NCBI GenBank assembly: GCA_963824995.1
Contig: CAWGRK010000004.1
Coordinates: forward strand, 1-64,000
Source of the DNA: an uncultured Actinomycetes bacterium
GTDB taxonomy: Bacteria; Actinomycetota; Acidimicrobiia; Spongiisociales; DATADW01
DNA: 64,000 nucleotides
Reading direction: 5' to 3'
The notes under the pieces are model-generated. The model had not been told where the DNA came from. It saw only the letters and a program-made list of their open reading frames with translations, and did no database searches. The position numbers and the translations under genes are program-made. Positions 12,322-21,898 of the stretch are shown here, piece by piece; the stretch's first letter is position 1; every line of letters begins with the position of its first letter.

Positions 12322-13275
12322 TCAGTCCTGGGGTCGAAGGAAGCGGAACGTGATGAGGGTGAGCAGGGCGATGGCGAGGAAGAGCACATAGCTCATCGCT
12401 GCCGCATACCCGTAGTTGCCAAAGCCGAACTGGTTGATCACATACATCGAGACCGACAGAGTGGCGTCGAGGGGGCCACCCTCGGTCATCACGAACGGCT
12501 CCTCGAAGAACTGGAGGTAGCCGATGAGGGTGATCACCGCCGAGAACAGCATCGTGGGACGCAGCAACGGAAGTGTCACAAAGCGGAACTTGGCCCAGCG
12601 GTCCGCCCCGTCGATGTCGGCTGCCTCGTACAACATCTGCGGTATGGCCTGCAACCCGGCCAGGAAGATCACCATCTGGTAGCCGAGGTTGCGCCACACC
12701 GTCATCAAGATGATCGAAGGCATGGCGAGCTCCGGTGTGGTGAGCCACCCCGGGCCATCGATCCCGAACACCCCGAGCAACCCGTTGATCAGCCCGGTCT
12801 CCTCGTTGAGAAGCAGCCGCCAGACCACAGAGATGGCCACGACGCTGGCCACCACCGGCAGATAGAACCCAACCCGGAACACGGTGCGGAACTTGACGAT
12901 CGCCTGGTTGAGGGCGAGAGCAATACCCAGACCGGCGGCGATGGTGAGCGGCATCGCCACGATCACGAAATAGGCGGTGTTCGCCGCGGCCTGGAGAAAC
13001 CGCTCGTCCTGGAAGAGGGCGATGAAGTTCTCGAACCCGACGATGTCCACGGCAAACGGATTGCGGATGTCGGCGATCCGCATGTCCGTGAAGCTCATCC
13101 CCAGCGAAGCAACGATGGGCCCGGCTACGAAGACCCCGAACAACACCAGGAAGGGAAGAGCGAAGCTCCATCCGATCAAGTTCTGCTTGAGCCCGCGGCG
13201 CCGGCGGCCCACCCCGTCGGGCAGGCGCGCCGCCGTGACCTCCTCCGTCTCAGCCACGGCGGCGCTTTGCGTCAT
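12322..13275 (-). CDS. Carbohydrate ABC transporter permease (MalF-like)
   Basis: VGFENF, LAGLQAIPQMLYEAADIDGA, FGNYGYAAA. Confidence 0.92.
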   Translation of the reverse strand: MTQSAAVAETEEVTAARLPDGVGRRRRGLKQNLIGWSFALPFLVLFGVFVAGPIVASLGMSFTDMRIADIRNPFAVDIVGFENFIALFQDERFLQAAANTAYFVIVAMPLTIAAGLGIALALNQAIVKFRTVFRVGFYLPVVASVVAISVVWRLLLNEETGLINGLLGVFGIDGPGWLTTPELAMPSIILMTVWRNLGYQMVIFLAGLQAIPQMLYEAADIDGADRWAKFRFVTLPLLRPTMLFSAVITLIGYLQFFEEPFVMTEGGPLDATLSVSMYVINQFGFGNYGYAAAMSYVLFLAIALLTLITFRFLRPQD

Positions 13276-13279
13276 CGCT

Positions 13280-14560
13280 CTACTGCCCGGTTCCGATCGC
13301 CTCGGACTCCTGCTGCATAGCGGCGACGGCGTCGGCAGTCGCTACGTCTGCCCGTATCGCCTCCTCGAGCTGGGAGTCGATCACGCTGGCGATCTGCTCC
13401 CAGGTGGAGATGGCCGGCGGGCTCTTGGCGTCTTGAAGCTGCTCACCGAACAAGGCCAGCCGCTCATCATCAGCCAGCGCTGGGTCGTCCCAGGCAGCCT
13501 GCACCGATGGCAGGTCCCTCACCGTCTCGAACCACAGAACCTGGGTTTCCGGCTCAGCGGCGAACTCGACGAACTTCCATGCCGTGTCCCGGTTGGCGGC
13601 GTCGGTGAACACCGCCATGTTGCCCCCACCCACGAATGAGGTGCGGGAGACCGCTCCCTCGGGCAGCAGGGCGACGTCCCAGGTGCCCTCTTCGGCACCA
13701 CCGTCCTCGAGCAACCCTATATGCCATGGGCCCGAGATGAACATCCCAATGGTGCCATCGATGAACCCCTGCTCCAGCGCACCAGCCTCGAGCGTGACGG
13801 GTGAGAGCCCTTCTTCGAAGAAGGATCGGTAGTAGTCGAGCGCAGCGGTGTTGGGTTCGGTGTCGAAGGCGAAGTTGCCCTCGTCGTCGAGAACGTCTCC
13901 GCCCCCCTGCCACACGAAGGGCATGTATGTCTGCCAGGCCCCGGTTCCGCCGGCGGGGAGCGAGATTCCGTATTCAGCGCCGCCCTGCTCCATCATGCCC
14001 TGGGCCAGTTGTTTCAACTCGTCCCAGTTGGCGGGCGGAGCGTCGAACCCCGCCTGCTCGGCCAGGTCGGTGCGGTAGTAGAGCATCCGCGTCTCGACAT
14101 ACCAGGGGATCCCATAGCTGGTCCCGTCTACAACCGTGGTGTCCCATGCTCCTTCGAAGAAGGCGGAGGGGTCGATGTTCTCCACGGTTGGGTCGAGCCC
14201 GCCGGTTGAGGCGAACTCGCCCATCCATGTGGTTCCGATCAGGCTGTTGTCCGGGGTCTGCTGCCCCGCCAGGGCCGTCTGGATACGGTCGTGGGCGGCG
14301 TCCCATGGCACCGCGGTCGGCTCGACGGTGGCCTCCGGATTCTCCGCGGTGAAGGCATCTCCGAGGACGCCGAGGTTGTCACCCTCGGTGCCCATCGCCC
14401 ACACCGAGATGGTGCCGGTGGCCGGGCCCTCCTCGACAGCTGCCGCCTGTGTGGTTGCCGTTTCTCCTTCGCCACCGCCGTCGTCGGAACGGCCGCAAGC
14501 GGCGACGAGAAGGATCGCCACTGCCAGGGGCATCAGCCCTCTTCGCCATGTGCTCATCAC
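13280..14560 (-). CDS. Sugar ABC transporter solute-binding lipoprotein
   Basis: Lipobox LVAAC; WAMGTEG, YGIPWYVETR, PANWDEL, GMFISGPW, SFVGGGNM. Confidence 0.92.
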   Translation of the reverse strand: MMSTWRRGLMPLAVAILLVAACGRSDDGGGEGETATTQAAAVEEGPATGTISVWAMGTEGDNLGVLGDAFTAENPEATVEPTAVPWDAAHDRIQTALAGQQTPDNSLIGTTWMGEFASTGGLDPTVENIDPSAFFEGAWDTTVVDGTSYGIPWYVETRMLYYRTDLAEQAGFDAPPANWDELKQLAQGMMEQGGAEYGISLPAGGTGAWQTYMPFVWQGGGDVLDDEGNFAFDTEPNTAALDYYRSFFEEGLSPVTLEAGALEQGFIDGTIGMFISGPWHIGLLEDGGAEEGTWDVALLPEGAVSRTSFVGGGNMAVFTDAANRDTAWKFVEFAAEPETQVLWFETVRDLPSVQAAWDDPALADDERLALFGEQLQDAKSPPAISTWEQIASVIDSQLEEAIRADVATADAVAAMQQESEAIGTGQ

Positions 14561-15214
14561 TCAGCCTCCTTGGTCAACTCGGCACCCGCAGCTCTGGCGG
14601 GTGATCAGGGTGGTTGGCAGGGTCACGCTGGGGACCGCTCTGCCGGCGATCCCCTCGAAAAGCATGTCAGCCAGCTCGGCCGCCCAGTTGACCCATCGGC
14701 TGGCTGGCGGTCAACGACCGTGCGAGGTGGGCGTCGAGCCCGAAGTTGCCCGCGACGCGAATCACCCCGGACGCCTCCTGGTCGCTGATGCAATACACGA
14801 CGTCGAACTCGGTACCCGTATCGAGCGCTTTTAACACACCTTGTGACCAGGCGCCGGCTCGAAGCCCTCGGGGCCACCGCGGCGCGCTTTCCCATCGCTC
14901 GCCGCTGTCGAGCGAACGGTCTGGATTACCCAGCACCAACTGACGTCGCCCGTGGGCGATCAGGTGGGCGGCGAGTTCCACCGCCGATAGGTGGTTATCC
15001 GCCCGGATCGCCGGTCCCGAGCCCACAGGTGGTCGCGCCAGCAACAAAATGAGCACGCGTGACACAGTGGACAGAAGAGCGCACCGGCTTGGCGATTGAC
15101 CATGCCATTGACACAGTCATCTTCTGGCCGAACGGGCCGCTCGTGGATCAAATTCGCCGCTTCGTCGAGTTGAAAGGGGAGGTGCGTGAATCGGTGGCCG
15201 TGGAACCCACCCAC
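14561..15214 (-). pseudogene. Decayed LacI-family regulator (effector-domain remnants, no HTH)
   Basis: Fragments IRADNHLSAVELAAHLIAHGRRQL, DSGERW, VYCISDQEASG, QPMGQLG, VTLPTTLITRQSCGC in different frames, with apparent internal deletions. Confidence 0.65.
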
Positions 15215-15231
15215 CTCTGACCCGGGCGCGA

Positions 15232-15613
15232 TCAGCGCGCAGCCACCAACTCGATCTCGACCTTGTAGCCACCGGGGAGCGCCGCGACCTGAATCGTGGA
15301 CCGCGCCGGGGGCGACGATCCGACCACCTCGCCGTACACCTGGTTGACCGCGGCGAAGTCGGCCATGTCGGTGACGAAGATCGTCGCCTTGACCACGTCA
15401 TCCCAACCCAACCCCGCATCCTCGAGGACCACATCGAGGTTGCTGAGGATCTGTCGCTGCCTGGACGTCGGGGTCGTCGCCTGCGGACTCGCCGGTTGCC
15501 GGATCGGCGCCTACCTGCCCGGAGAAGAACACGAGGCCGGCGCCCTCGACCGCCGGTGAATACGGACCCATCGGCGTGGGTGCGTTCGGGGTGGGGACGA
15601 CTCGACGCGGCAT
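15232..15613 (-). CDS. RidA/YjgF family enamine deaminase, frameshift near 15455
   Basis: APTPMGPYSPAV, FFSGQV, then VVKATIFVTDMADFAAVNQVY, PPARSTIQVAALP, VEIE. Confidence 0.9.
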
Positions 15614-15652
15614 GAAACACCTCTTTCAGCGAACCGGCCCGAGGGTAGGGAT

Positions 15653-17581
15653 TCAGGGTTGCAGGTGGGTGGCGAAGAAGTCGGTGATCGCCTGGTAACC
15701 CCTCACCTTGTTGGCAAAGCGCGTGAGGTCGTGCCCTTCGTCGTCGAACACCAGGTAATCGACGTCCTTGCCCGCCGCCCGCAATTCGGCGACCAACTCA
15801 TCTGATTCGGACCGCATGACCCGCGGGTCGTTGGCACCCTGGATCACCAGCAGCGGACAGGCCAGCGACCCGAGGTGGGTCCGCGGTGAGCGGGCCTCGA
15901 GTTCATCCATCTCTGTGGCCGGGTCGCCAAGCACCTGATGGAAGTAGACCTGCCACGCTTCGGGCAGCCCATTGATCCATTTCGGCAGATCGAAGGGGCC
16001 GAACAAATCGCAGGCGGCGGACCAGATATCGGGGTGGAGGGCGGCGAGCATCAGCGTCATGTAGCCGCCGTAGGAACGGCCGGTCACCCCGATCCGGGAC
16101 ACATCGACCCTCGGGTCGGATCTGAGGTGTTCAACGCCGGCCACGTGGTCGAGCCGGTCCATGCCGCCCCAGTCGCGGTCAACGTGCTTGACGTATGCCA
16201 TCCCGTAGCCGGTGGAACCCCTGACGTTGGGAACGAAAACGGCGAAGCCGTTCAAGGTCAGGTACTGGATCAGCGGCATCGAGAACCAGGTGAAGTCAGG
16301 CCTCTCCTGCCCCTGAGGGCCGCCGTGGACGTAGTGAATGACGGGGCGGCGGCCCTCATACCCGAGGCTGTCGGCGGGCAGGTAGAGCCGAGCAGACACC
16401 CGCAGACCGTCATGGCTGGTGAACGAGAAATCCTCGCCGGGGGCGAACAGGTCGGGATCGACGCCGAGGATCCGGTTCCGGGTGACAACAGTCGTCTCTT
16501 CGTGGTCTATCACTGCCAGCTGGGCGGGGGTGGTCCCCGATGAGAACGACACCGAGATCCGACCGGTGGTTTCGTCGTGGTGATAATGGCCGATCACTCC
16601 GTCAGCCAGAGGATCGCTCCCCCAGAGGACACGCTCCAACTCGAGACGGCCCACAGCCGGGTCCAGCCTTCCCTCGTAGCCCCAGGAAACCCCGTCCACG
16701 TTGTAGTGGACTATGAACCGCCCGTCGGGTGTCCGCTCGGCTTGGGCCCACTCCCCCCCAACCGGGTGCATCGTGCCAACGACCTCCACCGGTTCGATCA
16801 CCTCGGGGGTGTCCAGCGCCATCCGTCCGAGTCCACCGAGATCTTCGAATATCGAGGTCTCCATGACGACCGTCTCGTCATCGACGAACCAGGCCATGTT
16901 GAAGCCGGTGAGTGGTACCGGGCCACCATCGGTCCGTTCGTCGAGGGGAGTCCCGTGGAGAAGACGGCGCTCACCGACTTCCCGCTCCCAGATCCAGAGC
17001 GTGTCATCGCCCGTCGTATAGCCGTCCACGAGCAGGTAGCGCGAACGGTCGTCGTCGTGGCCAACCGGAAACCCCCCGTAACGCGACTTCGCCAGCAGCG
17101 TCGCTTCGCCAGTCGTGACGTCGATCTCGTAGGACTCCTGTTCCGGCCGGCTCCTGGGGTCCACCCACATGGTCCCGACCCCCTCGGGTGAGAGTTCGGC
17201 GAGCACCATCTGCTGGCCGGCAAACCGATCGCCGAAAATCGGCTCGGGGTCACCGCCGTCAATAGGGACGCGACAAAGCTGCATGTTCTCGTCCCCGTCG
17301 CGGTCCACCACCACAAAGAGCTCACCGAGTCCTGGTAGGGCGATGTAGGGCTCGCCGGTGATCAGTTCCGGTGTGAGGAGTGCGATGTCAGGTGGAAGCA
17401 GTGGCTCGGGAACGCTGCCTACGGCGTCCATCGCGTAGAGGCTCAGCCGGCCCGAGAGATCGGAGATGAAGAACAGCCGGTCGCCGGCGATCTGTGGAGC
17501 GAGGAATAGCCGGGCGGAGAGAAGGTGCTCGATCCGGACCGGTGCCGGCACGATGGGCGCCACGGAGTCGCCGGTCACCAC
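15653..17581 (-). CDS. S9 prolyl oligopeptidase family peptidase
   Basis: HGGP, PNVRGSTGYG, GRSYGG (Ser), GANDPRV (Asp), DEGH (His). Confidence 0.92.
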   Translation of the reverse strand: MVTGDSVAPIVPAPVRIEHLLSARLFLAPQIAGDRLFFISDLSGRLSLYAMDAVGSVPEPLLPPDIALLTPELITGEPYIALPGLGELFVVVDRDGDENMQLCRVPIDGGDPEPIFGDRFAGQQMVLAELSPEGVGTMWVDPRSRPEQESYEIDVTTGEATLLAKSRYGGFPVGHDDDRSRYLLVDGYTTGDDTLWIWEREVGERRLLHGTPLDERTDGGPVPLTGFNMAWFVDDETVVMETSIFEDLGGLGRMALDTPEVIEPVEVVGTMHPVGGEWAQAERTPDGRFIVHYNVDGVSWGYEGRLDPAVGRLELERVLWGSDPLADGVIGHYHHDETTGRISVSFSSGTTPAQLAVIDHEETTVVTRNRILGVDPDLFAPGEDFSFTSHDGLRVSARLYLPADSLGYEGRRPVIHYVHGGPQGQERPDFTWFSMPLIQYLTLNGFAVFVPNVRGSTGYGMAYVKHVDRDWGGMDRLDHVAGVEHLRSDPRVDVSRIGVTGRSYGGYMTLMLAALHPDIWSAACDLFGPFDLPKWINGLPEAWQVYFHQVLGDPATEMDELEARSPRTHLGSLACPLLVIQGANDPRVMRSESDELVAELRAAGKDVDYLVFDDEGHDLTRFANKVRGYQAITDFFATHLQP

Positions 17582-17588
17582 CTAGAGA

Positions 17589-17951
17589 TCAGCTGAAGCT
17601 GTTGCCACACCCGCATGATCGGCTGACATTCGGGTTGTTGATGGCAAACCCGCCCTCCATCAACCCGTCCTTGTAGTCGAGGACCGCCCCACGCAGTCGG
17701 TCGAGGCTCTGAGGATCGACCACGACCCGCACCCCGCCATATTCCTCGACGACGTCATCGCTCTCGATCTCGGAGTCGAAGAACATCTCATACGAGAACC
17801 CCGAGCATCCACCGGGACGGACCGCCATCCGCAAGGCCAGCGTGTTGTCACCCTCTGCGGTGAGCAACTCGTTGATCTTGGACACGGCACCGTCGGTGAG
17901 GGTGACCGCCCGCTTCGGGGCTCGTGGCTTTATGTTGAGGACCTGGGTCAT
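17589..17951 (-). CDS. A-type Fe-S carrier (HesB/IscA/ErpA family)
   Basis: GGCSGFSY and NPNVSRSCGCGNSF. Confidence 0.95.
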   Translation of the reverse strand: MTQVLNIKPRAPKRAVTLTDGAVSKINELLTAEGDNTLALRMAVRPGGCSGFSYEMFFDSEIESDDVVEEYGGVRVVVDPQSLDRLRGAVLDYKDGLMEGGFAINNPNVSRSCGCGNSFS

Positions 17952-17986
17952 CGGAAGGTGACTCCTGGGAAAGGGCGCTGTACGTC

Positions 17987-18017
17987 ATTATACGCCGCGA
18001 CCCCGACATCTATTCCC
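17987..18017 (-). promoter_or_regulatory. Candidate ECF (SigH/SigR-type) promoter overlapping a TATAAT -10, upstream of the A-type Fe-S carrier
   Basis: Minus strand reads GGAAT-N18-GTATAAT; the known consensus is GGAAT-N18-GTT (one mismatch). Confidence 0.4.
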
Positions 18018-18056
18018 ACGATCTGCATAGTGCAAATGCCTCATATCATGGGGGTC

Positions 18057-19212
18057 ATGCCCACCGAGTACGACGTCTACCAGGCCCTGCGCGGTGTCGT
18101 AGACCCCGAGTTGGGTAGCGACATCGTCGAACTCGGCATGGTGACCGACGTGGACATCACCGATGGGGTGGTCAGCGTTGGTGTAGCCCTGACCATCGCG
18201 CAATGCCCTATCGCGCGGTCAGATCGAACAGGACACGGCGCGCAAGGTGATGGGAATCCCTGGGGTGCGTGACGTTGTGGTGCGCACCACCGCGATGACG
18301 AGGAAGCAGCGCTCCGAACTCATGGCGACCGCCCGCCGCCGCGCCAGGGAAAACGCCGAGCCAACCCAGGTGTCACCAACCACCCGCGTGATTGCGGTCG
18401 GATCCGGTAAGGGCGGCGTGGGCAAGTCGTCGGTCTCGGTGAACCTGGCGGTTGCCATGGCCGACCGAGGTCTGCGGGTGGGGTTGATGGACGCCGACAT
18501 CTGGGGATTCTCCGTACCGAGGATGCTGGGAGTGACCGATCGGCTTTCCGCCGCAGACGACACCCAGTTGATCATCCCGGTAGAGGTGGCGGGGATGAAG
18601 GTGGTGTCCACCGGTCTCATAATCGAGTCGGAGGAAACCGCCCTCATGTGGCGGGGGTTGATGCTGTCCCGGGCGCTGGAGCAGTTTCTCAAGCAGGTCG
18701 ATTGGGGTGACCTCGACTACCTGGTCATAGACATGCCACCGGGCACTGGCGACATCCAGATGGCTCTGGCCAGGATGGTCCCTCAGGCCGAGATGGTGGT
18801 GGTGACTACACCGCAGAAGGCGGCACAGAAGGTGGCGATCCGTGTGGCCGACATGGCGCGGCGCTCGTACCTGCCCGTCGTCGGTGTAATCGAGAACATG
18901 GCCGGGTTCACCTGCGACCACGGCGAGACCTACAACCTCTTCGGCGAGGGTGGCGGGCGGGCCCTCGCAGACTCACTCGGCGTCCCGCTGATCGCATCGG
19001 TCCCGCTCGATCCGGCGGTGGTCAGTGGAGGCGATGCCGGTCTCCCCGTAGTGCGGGCCGATGCCGAGAACCCAGCAGCCCGAGCCTTCACCGCCGCAGC
19101 CGAGCGACTGGTGGAACTGGTGCCCCCCGCCGACGACGAAACCTGCACCGCCCGCATCGCCCGCCTCCTCGAAGCCCTCGAAACCCGAGAGGTCGCCGCA
19201 GCAACGTCGTAG
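18057..19212 (+). CDS. mrp: Mrp/NBP35 (ApbC) Fe-S carrier ATPase with N-terminal DUF59 domain, frameshift near 18210
   Basis: LRGVVDPELGSDIVELGMV, LTIAQCP; SGKGGVGKS, DADIWGFS, MWRG, DMPPGTGD, ENMAGF. Confidence 0.9.
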
Positions 19213-19245
19213 CGGGCCTCGGCCCATCCGGGGAAGGGAGCAAAT

Positions 19246-19397
19246 ATTCCCTCCACCCGGCGGGGGGAGTACCCGTCGGGGGAGGTGGGGGAATGGTTCA
19301 CTCCCACCTGCGTAAGCGGCGTATTGAGCACCGTTGGGAGTCCGGGATTCCCCCCCACCCGCTGCTCCGCAGCGGGGCCCTTCCCCCTCCGGGGGAC
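19246..19397. repeat. Pair of inversely oriented GC-rich REP-like palindromic elements between convergent genes
   Basis: Element A 19246-19294 ends GGTGGGGGAAT; element B starts ATTCCCCCCCACC at 19347 and holds hairpins CCGCTGC-TCC-GCAGCGG and TCCCCC-TCC-GGGGGA. Confidence 0.55.
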
Positions 19398-19424
19398 GTG
19401 AAGCTCGACTTCCGACTTCCGTCT

Positions 19425-20639
19425 TCACCTACACAAACTCGAAACCAGCCCGTAGGGGTCCACGTATCCGCCGCCGCCTGGGCCGTAGGAGAAGTGGAGG
19501 TGGGGGCCGGAGGAGTTGCCGGTGGAGCCGACGTATCCGAGCAGATCGCCCGCTGACAGATGGACGCCCGACCCGATGCCGGATGCGTAACCATTGAGGT
19601 GGGCGTAGTAGTAGACGTTGCCGGAGTTGTCGCGGTAATAGACCTGATTGCCCCCGAGACTGCTGTAGTCGGCCCGCTCCACGTACCCGTCGTAGATGGC
19701 CACCAAGGGCGTTCCCGAGGCGGCGATGATGTCGATGCCGGAGTGGTAGCGACCTCCGCCCCGCGCCGCCCCCCATCCATCACCGAAGGTGTGGGGGCCC
19801 TGCACCGGGCAGTACCCGGAGCCGTTGCCGATCGTTGGGGGATCCGGTGGGGGCTCGGTGGTTGGAGGGTCCGAGGTGGGAGGCGCGCCCGTCGGGGGGT
19901 CCTCTCCAGCTGTCCCCGAGCCTGGCTCTCCCGAGCCATCGTCATCCTGGGTCGCAGCCGCCTGTCGACGACGCTCCTCTTCCTCCCGCCTGGCCTGCTC
20001 CTCGGCCTCACGGCGCTGCTCCTCTTCGATCTGCGCCTGGAGATCGGCCTGCACCTGCGCGTAATCGTCCTGCGCAGCGACCAGTTCCACCTGCAGCTCG
20101 GCGACGATCGTCTCGAGCTCGGCCTCGGCCGCCGCCTGCTCCTGCTTGGTCGCCTCCAGTTCCTCGGTCAACTCGATGTGACGCGCCTGGGTGGCCTCCA
20201 GATCGCGGATCAACTGGTCGTCGCTCGCCCCGATGTCCTCGAGATACTCGAGCCCCGCCTCTAGCTCGCCGGGCGACGAGGTGAAGGGCAGAAGCGAGGC
20301 GCTCGACCCGGCATTGCCCATATACAGCTCTAGGGCGTACTGATCGACTTCCTTCCGCAATTCGGCAAGCTGCTCTTCGTTGGCGTGGAGTGCCGCGGTC
20401 ATCTGCTCGACCTGCTGCCCGAGGAGGGCGCTCCTCGCCACGGCCTCCTCCCACTCGGCGCCCATTGCGTCGAGCCGGTCCTGGGTGGAGATCATCCGCT
20501 GGCGGGCCGCCTCGACGTCGTCCTCGTCCAACTGGGCAGGCGCCGGCCCGGCGATGACCAGGGCGAACATCGCCAATGCGACCACCCGCCATGGCCACCA
20601 CGGTCGGCGCATGGCAAAGTCGAACGGGCGACGAACCAT
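19425..20639 (-). CDS. Secreted coiled-coil M23 peptidase (paralog A)
   Basis: Signal peptide, long coiled coil, Pro/Thr linker, HSGID, YYYAHL, GPHLHF. Confidence 0.92.
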   Translation of the reverse strand: MVRRPFDFAMRRPWWPWRVVALAMFALVIAGPAPAQLDEDDVEAARQRMISTQDRLDAMGAEWEEAVARSALLGQQVEQMTAALHANEEQLAELRKEVDQYALELYMGNAGSSASLLPFTSSPGELEAGLEYLEDIGASDDQLIRDLEATQARHIELTEELEATKQEQAAAEAELETIVAELQVELVAAQDDYAQVQADLQAQIEEEQRREAEEQARREEEERRRQAAATQDDDGSGEPGSGTAGEDPPTGAPPTSDPPTTEPPPDPPTIGNGSGYCPVQGPHTFGDGWGAARGGGRYHSGIDIIAASGTPLVAIYDGYVERADYSSLGGNQVYYRDNSGNVYYYAHLNGYASGIGSGVHLSAGDLLGYVGSTGNSSGPHLHFSYGPGGGGYVDPYGLVSSLCR

Positions 20640-20707
20640 CGATTGATCCTTTCCTGGCGTTGGAGGAGCTTCAGCGCCTCAGCGAAGGCTCCCCGACCGT
20701 GCCGTCC

Positions 20708-21898
20708 TCACCGGCACAGCTGGGTCGCGAGCGGAGTTGGGTTCACTGATTCACCGCCACCGGGTTGAAATTCCCAGTGGAGATGTGGTGCAGTCCAGGC
20801 GGCGTTCCCCGTGTTCCCCACATAGCCGATCAACTCGCCTGCCGCCATGGGCACACCGGCTGCCGCGCCTGGGGCGTAACCGGCGAGATGTGCGTAGTAG
20901 TACATGTTTCCCGAGTTGTCCTGGTAATAGATGGTGTAACCACCCAGCGAACTCGTGCTGAAGCGGTAGATGGAACCGTCGTAGACCGCAACCACCGGGG
21001 TGCCGTGGGCGGCCATGATGTCCACCCCCTTGTGGTACCGACCGCCCGACCGGGGTGCCCCCCACGTGTCGGAGAAGCTGTTCGGTCCCTGCACCGGGCA
21101 GTAACCGGCACCGTCTCCAACGGTCGGCGTGGGTGGGTCGTCAGGGGGATCCGTCGTCGGTGGATCGGTGGAAGGTGGATCGGTGGACGGTGGATCGGTG
21201 GATGGTGGATCGGTGGACGGCGGGTCGTCGCCGGTGTCGGCCGGGGCCGTGGTCGAGGTGGCATCGCGCGCCGCCTGTTCGCGGGCCCTGCGCTCTGCTT
21301 CCTCGCGGGCTCTGCGCTCCGCCTCGATCTGAGCAGCGAGTTGCGCTTGGACCGTTTCATAGTCGGCCTGGGCGGACCGCAACTGCCCGTCGATCTCGGT
21401 CACCAGGCCTCCGAGCTCGTCGCGCAGCGCAGCCTGCTCGGCCCGCGCCTCGGCCAGTTCGCTGTTCAGGGAGGCCAACTCGGCCTCCTGCGCCTGGAGC
21501 CCGGTGAGTAGCTCCTTTTCGGATACCCCGAGTTCCTCCAGATAGCCGACCCCGGTCTCCAGTTCCTCCGGAGTGGCGGAGAGGCTCAGTATCGATGCGC
21601 CCGTGCTGGCCGCTCCCATGTAGATCTCGATGGCTCGACGCTCGAGGAGCTGCCTCGACCGTTCGACCCGCGCCTCGGTGTCTTCGATGGCGGCGGACAT
21701 CTGGGCGATATCGCCCTCGAGGATGTTGTACCGGGTCAACGCCTCGTTGTAACGGACCACGGCCCCGTCGAGATCACCCTGGAGCTCGGCGACCCGCTGC
21801 CTGGCGTCCTCCACGTCATCCGGTGTCACTTGTGCAGCCGCCGGCAGCGCCAGCACCCCTAAAACCAGCGTCGCAGCGACCCAGCGCAGCGCTTTCAT
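20708..21898 (-). CDS. Secreted coiled-coil M23 peptidase (paralog B)
   Basis: Signal peptide MKALRWVAATLVLGVLALPAAA, coiled coil, (PPSTD)n linker, HKGVD, YYYAHL, PHLHW. Confidence 0.92.
   Translation of the reverse strand: MKALRWVAATLVLGVLALPAAAQVTPDDVEDARQRVAELQGDLDGAVVRYNEALTRYNILEGDIAQMSAAIEDTEARVERSRQLLERRAIEIYMGAASTGASILSLSATPEELETGVGYLEELGVSEKELLTGLQAQEAELASLNSELAEARAEQAALRDELGGLVTEIDGQLRSAQADYETVQAQLAAQIEAERRAREEAERRAREQAARDATSTTAPADTGDDPPSTDPPSTDPPSTDPPSTDPPTTDPPDDPPTPTVGDGAGYCPVQGPNSFSDTWGAPRSGGRYHKGVDIMAAHGTPVVAVYDGSIYRFSTSSLGGYTIYYQDNSGNMYYYAHLAGYAPGAAAGVPMAAGELIGYVGNTGNAAWTAPHLHWEFQPGGGESVNPTPLATQLCR
21159..21218. repeat. 15-bp tandem repeat x4 (GGTGGATCGGTGGAN) encoding the STDPP linker
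   Basis: Read directly from the sequence. Confidence 0.85.
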
